Source of the DNA: an uncultured delta proteobacterium
Lineage (GTDB): Bacteria > Desulfobacterota > Binatia > UBA9968
Direction: 5' to 3'
Length of the DNA stretch: 64,000 bases
Assembly: GCA_963755715.1 (NCBI GenBank)
Contig: CAVWLW010000032.1
Coordinates: forward strand, 96,001-160,000
Shown here: positions 50,732 to 60,568 of the stretch, piece after piece
How the letters are laid out: every line of letters begins with the position of its first letter
How positions within the stretch are numbered: the first letter of the stretch is position 1
Program-made: the position numbers and the translations under genes
The notes under the pieces: model-generated
What the model was told of the DNA's origin: nothing
Seen by the model: the letters and a program-made list of their open reading frames with translations, nothing else
Database searches by the model: none

Positions 50732-51820
50732 ATGCATCTTCCCGTGAACCCGCCCGTTTTGCCGATGCTCGCCAAGCGGGTCGAGGAATTACCGGCAGGC
50801 GCAACATGGATCTTCGAACCGAAATGGGACGGCTTTCGCGCTCTGGTGTTTCGCGACGGGGACGAGGTCCTGATCCAGAGTCGCGACGGGAAGTCACTGA
50901 ACCGTTACTTCCCGGAACTGCTCGAGCCGCTCTGCGCACAGTTGCCCGTGCGCTCCGTGCTCGACGGCGAAATCGTCGTCGCCAAGGATGACGCGCTCGA
51001 CTTCGATGCGCTGCAGTTGCGCATTCATCCCGCGCAGTCGCGGGTGAAGCTTCTTTCGCGAGAAATTCCAGCGTCGATTGTGTTTTTCGATCTGCTCAGC
51101 GAGGGAGATCGGGATCTGCGCAGCATGGCGTTCGCAGATCGTCGATCCATGCTCGAATCGCTGCTTTCATCCGTAGCGCCGCCGATCCATTTGACGCCCG
51201 CAACCAGAGAATCGAGCATTGCGGCGGATTGGTTTCGTCGCTTCGAGGGCGCCGGTCTCGACGGCGTCGTCGCCAAACCCGTTTCGGGAACCTATGAATC
51301 CAACAAGCGGGTGATGCTCAAGGTCAAGCACGAGCGCGATTGTGACTGTGTCGTTGCCGGCTTTCGCTGGCACAAAAAAGGTGAGCGCACGATGATCGGG
51401 TCGCTCTTGCTGGGCCTTTTCGACGACTCCGGCGCGCTGCAGCATGTCGGCGTGTGCGCGAGCTTCACGGAAAAGAAGCGCCGCGAGCTGGTCGAATTCC
51501 TCGCGCCGTACCGCGATAATGCTCTTGCCGCGCACCCTTGGAAAGATTGGGCCGAGCATGCACCAGCGAGCGGTGAAGCCGAACATCGCATGCCTGGCGC
51601 CCAGAGCCGGTGGAGCGGGGGCAAGGACTTGTCTTGGGAGCCGCTCCGTCCCGAACTGGTCGTCGAAGTCGCTTACGACCACATGCAGGGCAGCCGCTTC
51701 CGTCACACCGCGCAATTTCGCAGGTGGCGCACGGACAAGAAGCCGAGCGAGTGCACGTACGCCCAGCTCGAAATCGTTCCGCCACAAGAGCTGGCCGCGA
51801 TTTTCGCTGGCGATCGGTGA
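50732..51820 (+). CDS. ligC: ATP-dependent DNA ligase, LigC type
   Basis: EPKWDGFR, LDGEIV, FDLL, DGVVAK, MLKVKH, SRWSGGKDLSWEPLRPELV. Confidence 0.9.
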   Translation: MHLPVNPPVLPMLAKRVEELPAGATWIFEPKWDGFRALVFRDGDEVLIQSRDGKSLNRYFPELLEPLCAQLPVRSVLDGEIVVAKDDALDFDALQLRIHPAQSRVKLLSREIPASIVFFDLLSEGDRDLRSMAFADRRSMLESLLSSVAPPIHLTPATRESSIAADWFRRFEGAGLDGVVAKPVSGTYESNKRVMLKVKHERDCDCVVAGFRWHKKGERTMIGSLLLGLFDDSGALQHVGVCASFTEKKRRELVEFLAPYRDNALAAHPWKDWAEHAPASGEAEHRMPGAQSRWSGGKDLSWEPLRPELVVEVAYDHMQGSRFRHTAQFRRWRTDKKPSECTYAQLEIVPPQELAAIFAGDR

Positions 51821-51841
51821 TACGCGTAATTCCAACAAGGA

Positions 51842-51866
51842 AGGGCGACCGGCCGGTCGCCCCTAC
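51842..51866 (-). repeat. GTAG REP between convergent genes
   Basis: gtaggggcgaccggccggtcgccct. Confidence 0.75.
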
Positions 51867-53173
51867 GACTTCATGGCGCGTCGGTTACGCCATTCACGCG
51901 TTGGATCGTCATCCGGGTCGGGGGTTTCTTGCGCTGGGCGCAACTCTTCGGGCACCTTACGCAGATTCACTCGGATGCGGGTCCAGGTGGACGACCTGCC
52001 GCGCATGGAGTCGATCAGCACGTCGTCGACGGCGAGCAGCGCGGCGGCTTGGGGATATTTACTTTTCCATCTTTCCAGACCGGCGAGGGCCGCTTCTTTG
52101 TCCGGCGAATTCGCAATCACCAGAAGCGGCGCTTTGGTCCGCGGCTTCTTCGCGACATTCTTCACAGCGGAACGGGCGCGCGAAGGTTGCACGCGCGGCG
52201 CTTCGCCCTCCATCTTACGAAAATGTGGCGGCCAGGGCGCATCGCCGAGACCTGCCGCCTCGTCTGCCGCAGCGAGCTCTAGCAGCTTTTCGAGCGAACC
52301 TGGCGCGGCGTCGATGTCTGCGTGCGGATCGCCGAACTCCGCGAAGCGCTTGGGAACCGTGAGCACGGTGAAGTCGGCCGGGTCGCAGTTGGGGACCTCA
52401 TGCCAGTGAAGCGGCGTGGACACACGGGCGTCGGCCACCGGGCGCACCGAATAGGCGGAACAAGTCGTGCGGTCCTTGGCGTTCTGGTTGTAGTCGAGGA
52501 ATACGCCGTGGCGCTCTTCCTTCCACCACTTTGAGCTGGCCAGCGCCGGCGCGCGGCGCTCGACCGCGCGCGACAACGCGAGCGCGGCGCGGCGCACCTG
52601 GTCGAACGTCCAGCGTTGTTCGATCCGCGCGTTCACGTGCATGCCGCGTGAGCCGCTCGTTTTGGGCCAGCCATAAAGGCCCATCTCCTCGAGAAATGTT
52701 TTCACCTCGAGAGCCACGCGGCGCACGTCGTCCCAGCTCACACCGGGACCCGGATCGAGATCGACGCGTAACTCGTCCGGATGATCGAGATCGCCGGAGC
52801 GCACCGGATGTGGATGCAGTTCGATGCAGCCCAGGTTCACAACCCACGCGAGCCCCGCTGCGTCATCGACGACGATTTCCTCCGCTTTGCGGCCGGATGG
52901 AAATGACAGCGTAACGGTGCGCAACCACGATGGCCGCTTGGCGGGTGCGCGTTTCTGATAGAAAGCCTCGCCTTCGGCCCCGTCGACGAAACGTTTGAGC
53001 ACCAGCGGACGATCCCGGATTCCAGCGAGAGCGCCCGGCGCGACCGACAGGTAATAGCGCACGAGATCGAGTTTCGAGAGCTTTGTCTGCTGGGAAAAAT
53101 ACGGCTTGTCGGGGTGGGTTACCTGGACCTCGCGCCCGTCGATCGACAGAACCTCGGCTTTGTCTTCTTTCAT
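51863..53173 (-). CDS. LigD-type primase-polymerase (Prim-PolC-like) with C-terminal extension
   Basis: FYQKR, DELRVDLDP, KTSGSRGMH, KWWKEER.GVFLDYNQNA. Confidence 0.9.
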   Translation of the reverse strand: MKEDKAEVLSIDGREVQVTHPDKPYFSQQTKLSKLDLVRYYLSVAPGALAGIRDRPLVLKRFVDGAEGEAFYQKRAPAKRPSWLRTVTLSFPSGRKAEEIVVDDAAGLAWVVNLGCIELHPHPVRSGDLDHPDELRVDLDPGPGVSWDDVRRVALEVKTFLEEMGLYGWPKTSGSRGMHVNARIEQRWTFDQVRRAALALSRAVERRAPALASSKWWKEERHGVFLDYNQNAKDRTTCSAYSVRPVADARVSTPLHWHEVPNCDPADFTVLTVPKRFAEFGDPHADIDAAPGSLEKLLELAAADEAAGLGDAPWPPHFRKMEGEAPRVQPSRARSAVKNVAKKPRTKAPLLVIANSPDKEAALAGLERWKSKYPQAAALLAVDDVLIDSMRGRSSTWTRIRVNLRKVPEELRPAQETPDPDDDPTREWRNRRAMKS

Positions 53174-53485
53174 CACGAATCCGACTAACGCTCAGCCTTG
53201 CGGCCAGGCCTTTACAAGCTTAACAATTTCGCTCCATCGATCTAGTTCTGTTTTGATTTTGCAGGTTGAATCCCATTTGATTCGTCCCATCCACACGCCG
53301 GCGGTATCTGGCTCGATCGGGCGCTTGTACTCGACGAAAAGCAGCTCTCCGGGTGGCAATTTTATTTGAACTCATTTGATTTTTATTTTCTCATTGCTGT
53401 ATAAGTTCCGTGCGGTCGCTTTTTAACTGACTGTAAAACTCCACAGCTGTCGAGGCGTGCTAATTTTTAGCGAAAGGAAAAGCTC

Positions 53486-54166
53486 ATGAAGCAACATATC
53501 TTTCTTCTCGCGGCGATGGCGGCGCTCGGTGTCGTCAGCAGTGATAGGGGCCAGAGCATTGGCGCTGAAGGCGCGCAGGCCAGTCCTGCCATGAGTTTTT
53601 TTGTCAGTAGCACCGGGAGCAAGACTGTCAATTTGGGCGGGTTGCGCGGAGCGGATAAGATTTGCCAGGGGCTGGCGAGCGCAGTCGGTCTCGGCAACAA
53701 AACCTGGCGCGCCTACTTGAGCGCCGAGCGGGACCCCGACAACGGCAACAAGCCGACCGACGCGCGCAGTCGCATCGGCACCGGCCCTTGGTCCAATGCC
53801 AAAGGCGTCGTCGTCGCGAAGGATCTCGACGAGCTGCACGCCCGCAAAGGAGACGCCGACCTGTTTCTCGACGAGCGCGGGCAACGCGTTCCCGGCAATT
53901 GGCCGGATTCACCAAAACCCACGGTGCATGACATTCTGACCGGCTCGACGGCCGACGGTAAGCTCATGGCTGGTAAGACGTGCAACGATTGGACATCGGA
54001 CGCTAAAGACCAACAGGCTCAGGTGGGTCACTCGGATGGCCTGGGACCCGGCGGCGATCCGTCCGGGAGATACGCCGTATGGAACTCGGCACATGAGAAT
54101 GGCAGCTGCGCCGATACCGCTCCGCGCGGAGGCGGGGGCCGGATTTACTGCTTCGCAGCGAAATGA
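53486..54166 (+). CDS. Secreted lectin/endostatin-like fold hypothetical protein
   Basis: NLGGLRGADKICQ...WRAYLS...HDILTGS...CNDWTS...IYCFA. Confidence 0.8.
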   Translation: MKQHIFLLAAMAALGVVSSDRGQSIGAEGAQASPAMSFFVSSTGSKTVNLGGLRGADKICQGLASAVGLGNKTWRAYLSAERDPDNGNKPTDARSRIGTGPWSNAKGVVVAKDLDELHARKGDADLFLDERGQRVPGNWPDSPKPTVHDILTGSTADGKLMAGKTCNDWTSDAKDQQAQVGHSDGLGPGGDPSGRYAVWNSAHENGSCADTAPRGGGGRIYCFAAK

Positions 54167-54408
54167 ACGGGCGAGTTAATCGAGCCCATCTCGTCGTGCT
54201 TGCTCGATAGCGACTCTTGTTGGCGGCCCGCGGTTTACCGCATGGCTAAACGCGGGCGAAAGGTCGTTACGACAAATCCCGCCATGCGAAGGGCGGCGTA
54301 TGCCTCTTCCGCTGGGCGAGCAGATCCAGCAGGCCATAGAGTTTCCTGCATCGCGTTCATAATTGCTCAAATAACTAAAGCTCACTCCGTTAAAAGGAGG
54401 ACATTTCC

Positions 54409-54801
54409 ATGGCAAAGACCACACTCAATCCCGATGGACTGCCGGTGCCGCGTGGGAGTTATTCGCTGGTCAACATTGCGCAGCCGGGCCGGATGGTGTT
54501 CATCGCGGGCCAGACGGCTTCAGATCATGAGGGCAAGGTCATCGGCGCCGGCGATGCACGGGCACAGACGCGTTTCATACTGGGGAAGATTCAACGCGCC
54601 GTCGAAGCCGCCGGCGGAACGATGAACGATGTCGTCGCCCTGAACGTCTTCACCACGGATGTGCGCAACCACCGTGACATCAACGAAACGCGCCGTGAAG
54701 TCTTGGGATCAAACTTCCCAACCAGTACGATGGTGCAGGTGGTGGCGTTGGCGCGACCAGAGCTGCTGCTGGAGATCAATGCGATCGCGGTTATTTCGTG
54801 A
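54409..54801 (+). CDS. RidA/YjgF family protein
   Basis: FIAGQ, INETR, PTSTMVQV..LA.PELLLEI; RBS aggagg. Confidence 0.9.
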   Translation: MAKTTLNPDGLPVPRGSYSLVNIAQPGRMVFIAGQTASDHEGKVIGAGDARAQTRFILGKIQRAVEAAGGTMNDVVALNVFTTDVRNHRDINETRREVLGSNFPTSTMVQVVALARPELLLEINAIAVIS

Positions 54802-54866
54802 TTCCATAAAACAACAACTAGCCAACTCCAGACTGATCCTTTGGGACGGGCTCCGAGGATTGCTTC

Positions 54867-55454
54867 ATGACTGAGAGACCGTTCAGCGAAACCGCGGGGC
54901 GATCGATCCAGCTCTTCAACGGAGTCAATCTCAATGGCTGGCGGCAGGCCGGCCCAGGCAGATTCAGGATCGAGGATGGAATGCTCGTGACGGAAGGCGG
55001 CATGGGTCTGCTATGGTATTCGGCCCGACAGTTCGGAAACTTCGAGCTCCAGGTAGACTGGAGGGTGACGAAGAAAAGCGACAACTCAGGGATCTTCGTT
55101 CGTTTCCCTGCGCCGACCGTTCCCAATGAAGCGGGCGGCGATCCACAGGTCGCGATCAATCAGGGATACGAAATCCAGATCGACGACGAGGGCGCGCCGG
55201 ACGGCGCTATGATTCACAAGACCGGCGCCATCTATAGCGTCCAGCCACCGGAGAAGATCGCCTCCAAGCAGCCGGGCGAGTGGAACACCTTTCTGATCCG
55301 CGTCGAAGGACAGATTTACAACGTCACGCTAAACGGCGAACCGGTGGTCACCAACTTCAAGGGCAATCGTTCCATGCGCGGTCACATCGGACTGCAGAAC
55401 CATTCACCCGAGGACCAGGTTTTTTTCCGCAACATCATTGCCACGCCGTTCTGA
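54867..55454 (+). CDS. DUF1080 (3-keto-disaccharide hydrolase-like) protein
   Basis: LFNG..L.GW, NSGIFVR, YEIQIDD, GEWN, GHIGLQNH. Confidence 0.9.
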   Translation: MTERPFSETAGRSIQLFNGVNLNGWRQAGPGRFRIEDGMLVTEGGMGLLWYSARQFGNFELQVDWRVTKKSDNSGIFVRFPAPTVPNEAGGDPQVAINQGYEIQIDDEGAPDGAMIHKTGAIYSVQPPEKIASKQPGEWNTFLIRVEGQIYNVTLNGEPVVTNFKGNRSMRGHIGLQNHSPEDQVFFRNIIATPF

Positions 55455-55579
55455 ACTGGAATGTGTCAATGCAACGCCTGACCGTGCGCCTTGCGACTGG
55501 ACTCCGCTTGCACGCCGACGGTGAATCTCGAGTTCAATCCGCACGGGATAAAACGATAACCCCCGTCAAGGAGACGTTC

Positions 55580-56659
55580 ATGGTCATGGATCGAGTCGTT
55601 CACATAACCAAAAAGTGGCTGGGCAGCGCGCTTTTGCTGCTCGGGGCGGTCGAGTGTTTTGCCGCCGCTGCGCCCGCGTCGATTTCACAATTGGCCCTCT
55701 ATCAAGGCGCCGACCGGGAAAAGATTTTGATCGAGGGCGCCAAGAAAGAAGCCGCGTTCATGCTCTACGGCTCCCACACTTGGTATCGCACCATGGCCAC
55801 GGAGTTCGAGAAAAAGTATCCATTCATCAAGGTTACGGAGTATCGCACCGATGGACGAACCTTGATCAAGCGGGCGTTGGAAGAAATTCGCGCCGGCCAA
55901 TACATCGCCGACGTGATCGCGACGACCGGCGAACAGATGGATCTGATGAAACGCGAGGGAGTATTTCTAGAATACCATGTTCCGGAAGCGCGCAATTATC
56001 CCGAAGACGTCAAGCACAAAGGCAAGAACGGTTTTTATTATGTCGGCCACTACGAAACCTACGCCAGTTTGGGCTTCAATACCTCGTTCATCCCGACCGC
56101 CGATGCGCCGAAAACCATGCTCGATTTATTGAATCCGAAGTGGAAGGGCAAGATGTCGATCGTCAGCACCACGACGGGAACGCGTTGGATCGGCAGCACG
56201 CTGGAATCCTTCGGCCGGGAATATCTCGATAAGCTCGCCGATCAAGACGTCAAAGTGCAAAACATGTCCGGGGCGGCCTTGTCCGGCATGGTGGTCTCGG
56301 GTGAAGTCCCGCTGTCGCCGACGATCTTCGACGCCAACATCACCCAAGCCAAACAAAAAGGCGCGCCGGTGGAATGGCGCCCCCTCGAACCCGTCGTGAC
56401 TACCGTTGCGTATGCCGGCTTGACGCTCAAGGCGCCCCATCCCCACGCCGCCTTGCTCTTCCTCGACTGGCTCCATTCCAAGGAGGGTCAACAGATGATC
56501 CAGAAAGGCGGCCTCTGGTCGCCCCGCGAAGACATCGGATCATTGGCGCAAAAATTCAAAAAATCCTACATCGACGAGAAATACGGCGTCGAAGAAGCGG
56601 AAAAAAAATACGCCGAGTGGGACAAGTTGATGCAGCAACTGTTTATCAGACGAAAATAA
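55580..56659 (+). CDS. Extracellular solute-binding protein (Fe3+ ABC type)
   Basis: YQGADRE...GAKKE, LLNPKWKGK, APHPHAALLFLDW. Confidence 0.85.
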   Translation: MVMDRVVHITKKWLGSALLLLGAVECFAAAAPASISQLALYQGADREKILIEGAKKEAAFMLYGSHTWYRTMATEFEKKYPFIKVTEYRTDGRTLIKRALEEIRAGQYIADVIATTGEQMDLMKREGVFLEYHVPEARNYPEDVKHKGKNGFYYVGHYETYASLGFNTSFIPTADAPKTMLDLLNPKWKGKMSIVSTTTGTRWIGSTLESFGREYLDKLADQDVKVQNMSGAALSGMVVSGEVPLSPTIFDANITQAKQKGAPVEWRPLEPVVTTVAYAGLTLKAPHPHAALLFLDWLHSKEGQQMIQKGGLWSPREDIGSLAQKFKKSYIDEKYGVEEAEKKYAEWDKLMQQLFIRRK

Positions 56660-57058
56660 GTCAATGCTGAAGTGGCTGACCAAGGAAAGAGAAAGCCTGG
56701 TCGTTAGTACGTCGGAAGGTCCTGTGGTTGGTAACTCCGATGATCGGTTGATTCCGTCGGCAAACCTTAAAGGTGAGATACTTGTGCCGTACCGAAGTCC
56801 ACAGCAGCATCTCACTGAAACCCCCGCCACTCACAGCCTAAAGAAAAACGACGAAGCACCGTCACCGGAGCTACCGGAGATTTGTTACAACAAGAAAGAT
56901 GCCACAGTAAAATACGTTGTACCTTGTCGGTGTTTTCAGTTTGCCGGTAAGATCCGCCTCATAATGATCCAAGCGGTTGTACAAGTACGTACGGACCCAG
57001 GGGTTTGTTAGCACGTGGTTGGCGGTCGCTTGCTCGTTCTACGAGCCAGTGACACGAA

Positions 57059-57403
57059 CTATTTGCCGTCGTCGATGCTGACGACGATGATGGCGTTGGC
57101 GATCAGCCAGCCGTCGTCGCCCTTTTCATTCAGCACCTGCAATCCGCCGTGGACGACGTTGACGTGCCCGCCGCCGTGGGGCAACGTTTCCAGCACGGCT
57201 TTCTTATCTACGGCCTCGGGCTTCGGCACGCCGATGGTGACCTCCACCCGCATATCGTCCGCGGTCTTGCCCACCAGCCGCGGAAATCCCAAGCTGCTGT
57301 GATGAATCGCATCGAACACCGCCCGCTTGGCGGCATTGGTGTAATCCAATCCGTGCACATCCACTCCCATTCCCATTTCTGTAACGCACCGTACTAAAGC
57401 CAT
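57059..57403 (-). CDS. Lin0512 family protein
   Basis: EMGMGVDVHGLDYTNAAKRAVFDAIHHSSL, LPHG. Confidence 0.85.
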   Translation of the reverse strand: MALVRCVTEMGMGVDVHGLDYTNAAKRAVFDAIHHSSLGFPRLVGKTADDMRVEVTIGVPKPEAVDKKAVLETLPHGGGHVNVVHGGLQVLNEKGDDGWLIANAIIVVSIDDGK

Positions 57404-57658
57404 ACCTGGTTACCTCCATGCAAACGAAATCAGTTTCAAACGTTCCAAAGGTTCCAATTCTTCAGATGTTCCAGTAGTTGAGCGCCTGCGTTTCAACGAG
57501 AAAACGAGCGCTAAGTTCTCGATGTCGCTCTATTTATGCGATCTCGTATCGTCGAATCAATACCTTGCGCTGGTTGGACCCACGGGTAGAGCTAAATACG
57601 TTTTGAACGATTGGAACGGAGCGCAGCGGTGAAACGACTGAAACGGGCCGCAAGTATT

Positions 57659-58765
57659 TCAATCGCGAATATCCTGCAGAAACCATTCGGTCGGAATCTC
57701 GCGCCCGAGGCCGGCTTGCTTGGCGAGCTCGTAGACTTTACCCGCCACCGCGTGGAACTGGGCGCCCTGCAGATTGCCGCGCTCGGAATACGTGATCTGA
57801 TCCGGCGAGCTGCGCCCTTTCACCTTGCCGGCGACGAGGTCGGCGAGCGTGATCCGGCGATCCGGCAGCGTGTTGCCGTGCTTGCGGCGGTCACGGCGGC
57901 CGTCGCCATACTTATGTTGCTGTGGGCGCGCTTCGTAGCCGACATGCTCGGCGTCGGTGGCGAGCTCGGGATGGCCGGTGGGCGCCGGCGTGTCGCCGAA
58001 CCGCAGGTAGACGTCGACCCGTTTCAGGCTCTCGGTGTCGGGTTTGCCGGTGCCGCCGACGACCACGATGTGGGTGCCTTTTTCGAGCCATGCGCCGTCG
58101 GTCACTTCGACCGCGGAATCGGTGAGAGCCGCCACGATGTGGGCGCCCTTGTAGACCTCTTCGGGGCGGTTGCAGACTTTTACCTCGATATTGTATTTCG
58201 CCGCCATCTCGTGCGCGAAGCGCTCGCGGTTTTCGCGCGTCGGGCTGAACACCTGCAGCTTCTCGATTTTGCGCACGCGCGTGAAAGCCTCCATGTGCGT
58301 GCGCGCCATGCCGCCCGCGCCCAGCATGCCGACCACCTCGGCGTCTTTGTTCGCGAGGTACTTCACGCCGATGCCGCCGTCGGCGCCGACCCGCATGTGC
58401 TGCAGGTAGCCGTCGTTGACGAAGGCAAGCGGTTCGGCGTTCTCGATCGAGGTCAGCAGGATCAGGCCGCAGTAAAGGCCGGGCCGCACACAGTACTTTT
58501 CCTGCGTGACGACGCCTTTGTATTCTTTTTCATAGACGATGTCGGACTTCATGCGGATCGCGAAGTAGCCGGCGGTCGATCCTCCCTCCATGGTGCCCCA
58601 CTGGTAGTTCCGCGCCGGATCGCTGGTGGGAATACGGATGTCGATGCGCGGCCGGCAGACCGCCTCCTGGGCAGCGAGCTGCAAATAAGATTGTTCCAGC
58701 GCCGCAATGGTGTCCTCCATGGTGAGGACCTGTTGGACTTCTTGGTTGTTGATGATGAGCGTCAT
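57659..58765 (-). CDS. Ornithine cyclodeaminase/mu-crystallin family protein
   Basis: MRVGA, LGAGGMARTH, ITLADLVAGK...R...QIT. Confidence 0.85.
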   Translation of the reverse strand: MTLIINNQEVQQVLTMEDTIAALEQSYLQLAAQEAVCRPRIDIRIPTSDPARNYQWGTMEGGSTAGYFAIRMKSDIVYEKEYKGVVTQEKYCVRPGLYCGLILLTSIENAEPLAFVNDGYLQHMRVGADGGIGVKYLANKDAEVVGMLGAGGMARTHMEAFTRVRKIEKLQVFSPTRENRERFAHEMAAKYNIEVKVCNRPEEVYKGAHIVAALTDSAVEVTDGAWLEKGTHIVVVGGTGKPDTESLKRVDVYLRFGDTPAPTGHPELATDAEHVGYEARPQQHKYGDGRRDRRKHGNTLPDRRITLADLVAGKVKGRSSPDQITYSERGNLQGAQFHAVAGKVYELAKQAGLGREIPTEWFLQDIRD

Positions 58766-59014
58766 GATGTGCAATTACCTCTTCAGCCGGCGGATTAATG
58801 TGGAGTAATGACAACGGGAGCACTTCTCCGTCAAGATTTCCGCAGCCTACGGCTTCAGCGGAGTCGCTGCAAGGCACGCGAAGCAAAGATTGTAAAAATT
58901 GTTATGTCAGGCCGCGTTCGTTGACCTGGGGGTATCTGCGTTGGAGCTGAATGCAGGTTGAGATAGCCAATTAAGGTTTGCGGTGACGTATAGCAATTGC
59001 TAAAATCGTGCTCA

Positions 59015-59272
59015 ATGGAGGTCGTCTTCACCAGCTCCGCGTTTCGACACGGCTACACCAAACAAGATTTTTATGAACTATTGGCAACGGATTATTTGAA
59101 GATTCGAAGTCAACGCGGACTCGATGAGGTCTATGAATTGCTCGGAAGAAATCTAAGCGGCTCCTATCTCCACGTTGTCTATCGTGTCTTACCCGACCAT
59201 CGGCTACGAGTTTTTCATATGAATGGCATGACTGAAGCGCAAAAGCGGCGCTATCGGAGGTTCCGAAGATGA
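59015..59272 (+). CDS. Putative BrnT-like toxin
   Basis: Small basic protein: RHG..., LLGRN..G.YLHVVY...RVFH...MT..QKRRY. Confidence 0.6.
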   Translation: MEVVFTSSAFRHGYTKQDFYELLATDYLKIRSQRGLDEVYELLGRNLSGSYLHVVYRVLPDHRLRVFHMNGMTEAQKRRYRRFRR

Positions 59273-59586
59273 AAAAGACAAAACGAAAAGCTTCTCGTTT
59301 AACCAGTAAGTCGACGGATGAAGAGGTCATCCGCTGGACAAAGTCCCATGATGTGTTCGATCGGCTGGAAAAAGGCGTATCTGAAGTCGTCGAGGATCAC
59401 AGCGATTTAGACGAGGCTCTTCGAGAAGCAATTTTCCAAGACAATACTGCCCAACTTAATATGCGCCTCCCGCCGGCCATGAAGGCTGTGCTGAGCAAGC
59501 TTGCACGCCAACGCACAACGGATGCGACTACCCTTGCCCGTATATGGCTAGCGGAACGGTTGGAACGGGAACTCAAAGCCGGATGA
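59269..59586 (+). CDS. Putative CopG/RHH-type antitoxin
   Basis: ATGA overlap with the toxin; LNMRLP...LARQR...TLARIWLAERL. Confidence 0.65.
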   Translation: MKKTKRKASRLTSKSTDEEVIRWTKSHDVFDRLEKGVSEVVEDHSDLDEALREAIFQDNTAQLNMRLPPAMKAVLSKLARQRTTDATTLARIWLAERLERELKAG

Positions 59587-60096
59587 ATTGACTGTTAGCG
59601 TGATGAAACCGACCCCATTTACGGAAGATACAAAATTCGTTAACCAAGCTGTAACCTCACCGCCAGCGGCATCGCCTCGGCTCCACATCGGCGGCATTTT
59701 TGGAAATTTGGTCAGCGCCGGATCCATGTGATCCCAAGGCTGAGCGCTGGAAGTGAAGATGTCCAAGGTCGGCTTATACAAGCTCGGGTCATCGAGGCTC
59801 CCGGCCGTGATCATCGCGAGGTCCGGCATAGCGCTGGTCTTGCCGAACAAACTCGCACCGCACTCCGGGCAAAAACCGCGGCTCAACGTATTGCCACTGT
59901 CTGCTTTGCCGTCGTAATACTTGACCGCGCCCGTAATCTTTAGCGCCGCGGCCGGCAGTCCGATGTCAGGTTCATATGCGCCACCGCTTGCCTTCTGGCA
60001 ATCGCGGCAGTGGCAATTACCCATAAAAAGCGGATCGGCGGAACATTCGTAGCGCACCCGACCGCAAAGACAGCCTCCGGTAAATCGAGTAGCCAT
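59548..60096 (-). CDS. GFA/CENP-V family protein
   Basis: GGCLCG.VRY, CHCRDCQK, FCPECG; the natural end is probably near 59680 and the extended tail is likely indel-derived. Confidence 0.9.
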   Translation of the reverse strand: MATRFTGGCLCGRVRYECSADPLFMGNCHCRDCQKASGGAYEPDIGLPAAALKITGAVKYYDGKADSGNTLSRGFCPECGASLFGKTSAMPDLAMITAGSLDDPSLYKPTLDIFTSSAQPWDHMDPALTKFPKMPPMWSRGDAAGGEVTAWLTNFVSSVNGVGFITLTVNSSGFEFPFQPFR

Positions 60097-60288
60097 AGTT
60101 TTTACTCCTTGCTTGTCCGTCAATTCTTAGCATCACTATTTCGAGAAATCGATGATGAGCCACGGACCACGTGCGTTTGACCAAGAGCCGATCGATCAGC
60201 TCATCAAAAATAGTTGAGCTGGAAAAGTCTAGACCTCCGCCAGAATTCGCGCTTTCGTTATTGCGAAGGCGCTTTTAGGAGTTGTGAT

Positions 60289-60327
60289 ATAAGGGTTTCT
60301 TATAAGAAACATATGAGTTTTTCTTAT
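60289..60327. promoter_or_regulatory. Tandem LysR-type (T-N11-A) dyads and a 16-bp palindrome in a divergent intergenic region
   Basis: ataag-ggttt-cttat and atgag-ttttt-cttat; gtttcttataagaaac is a perfect palindrome. Confidence 0.4.
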
Positions 60328-60568
60328 TGGACAAACGTCAACTTTTGGAAGTAGAAATCGCGGTGGTAATGCATGTGCGAGGGGGAGAACGAGCAAACAT
60401 GGCTGCCCGCCGAGATTGATGATCTGTTTTATCAGATCGACAAATGAACAAACTACCAGACTTGATCTTTCAGTCTCCCCATAATTTCAGTGCGGCGAAT
60501 ATTTACGCAAGTAAGGCAAGTCTGATTCGGCAGACCGCCTCTAAGTGCCGGAGAGAGGGGTAACGACC

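Noticed and set aside
53192-53365. Minus-strand stretch ...IKTELDRWSEIVKLVKAWPQG*, faintly like a Bug C-terminus
   Set aside because: Too short and weak, and no start codon.
56664-57011. 115-aa ORF after the SBP gene
   Set aside because: No RBS or recognisable motif and atypical composition; it may be foreign non-coding DNA, but I cannot support a call.
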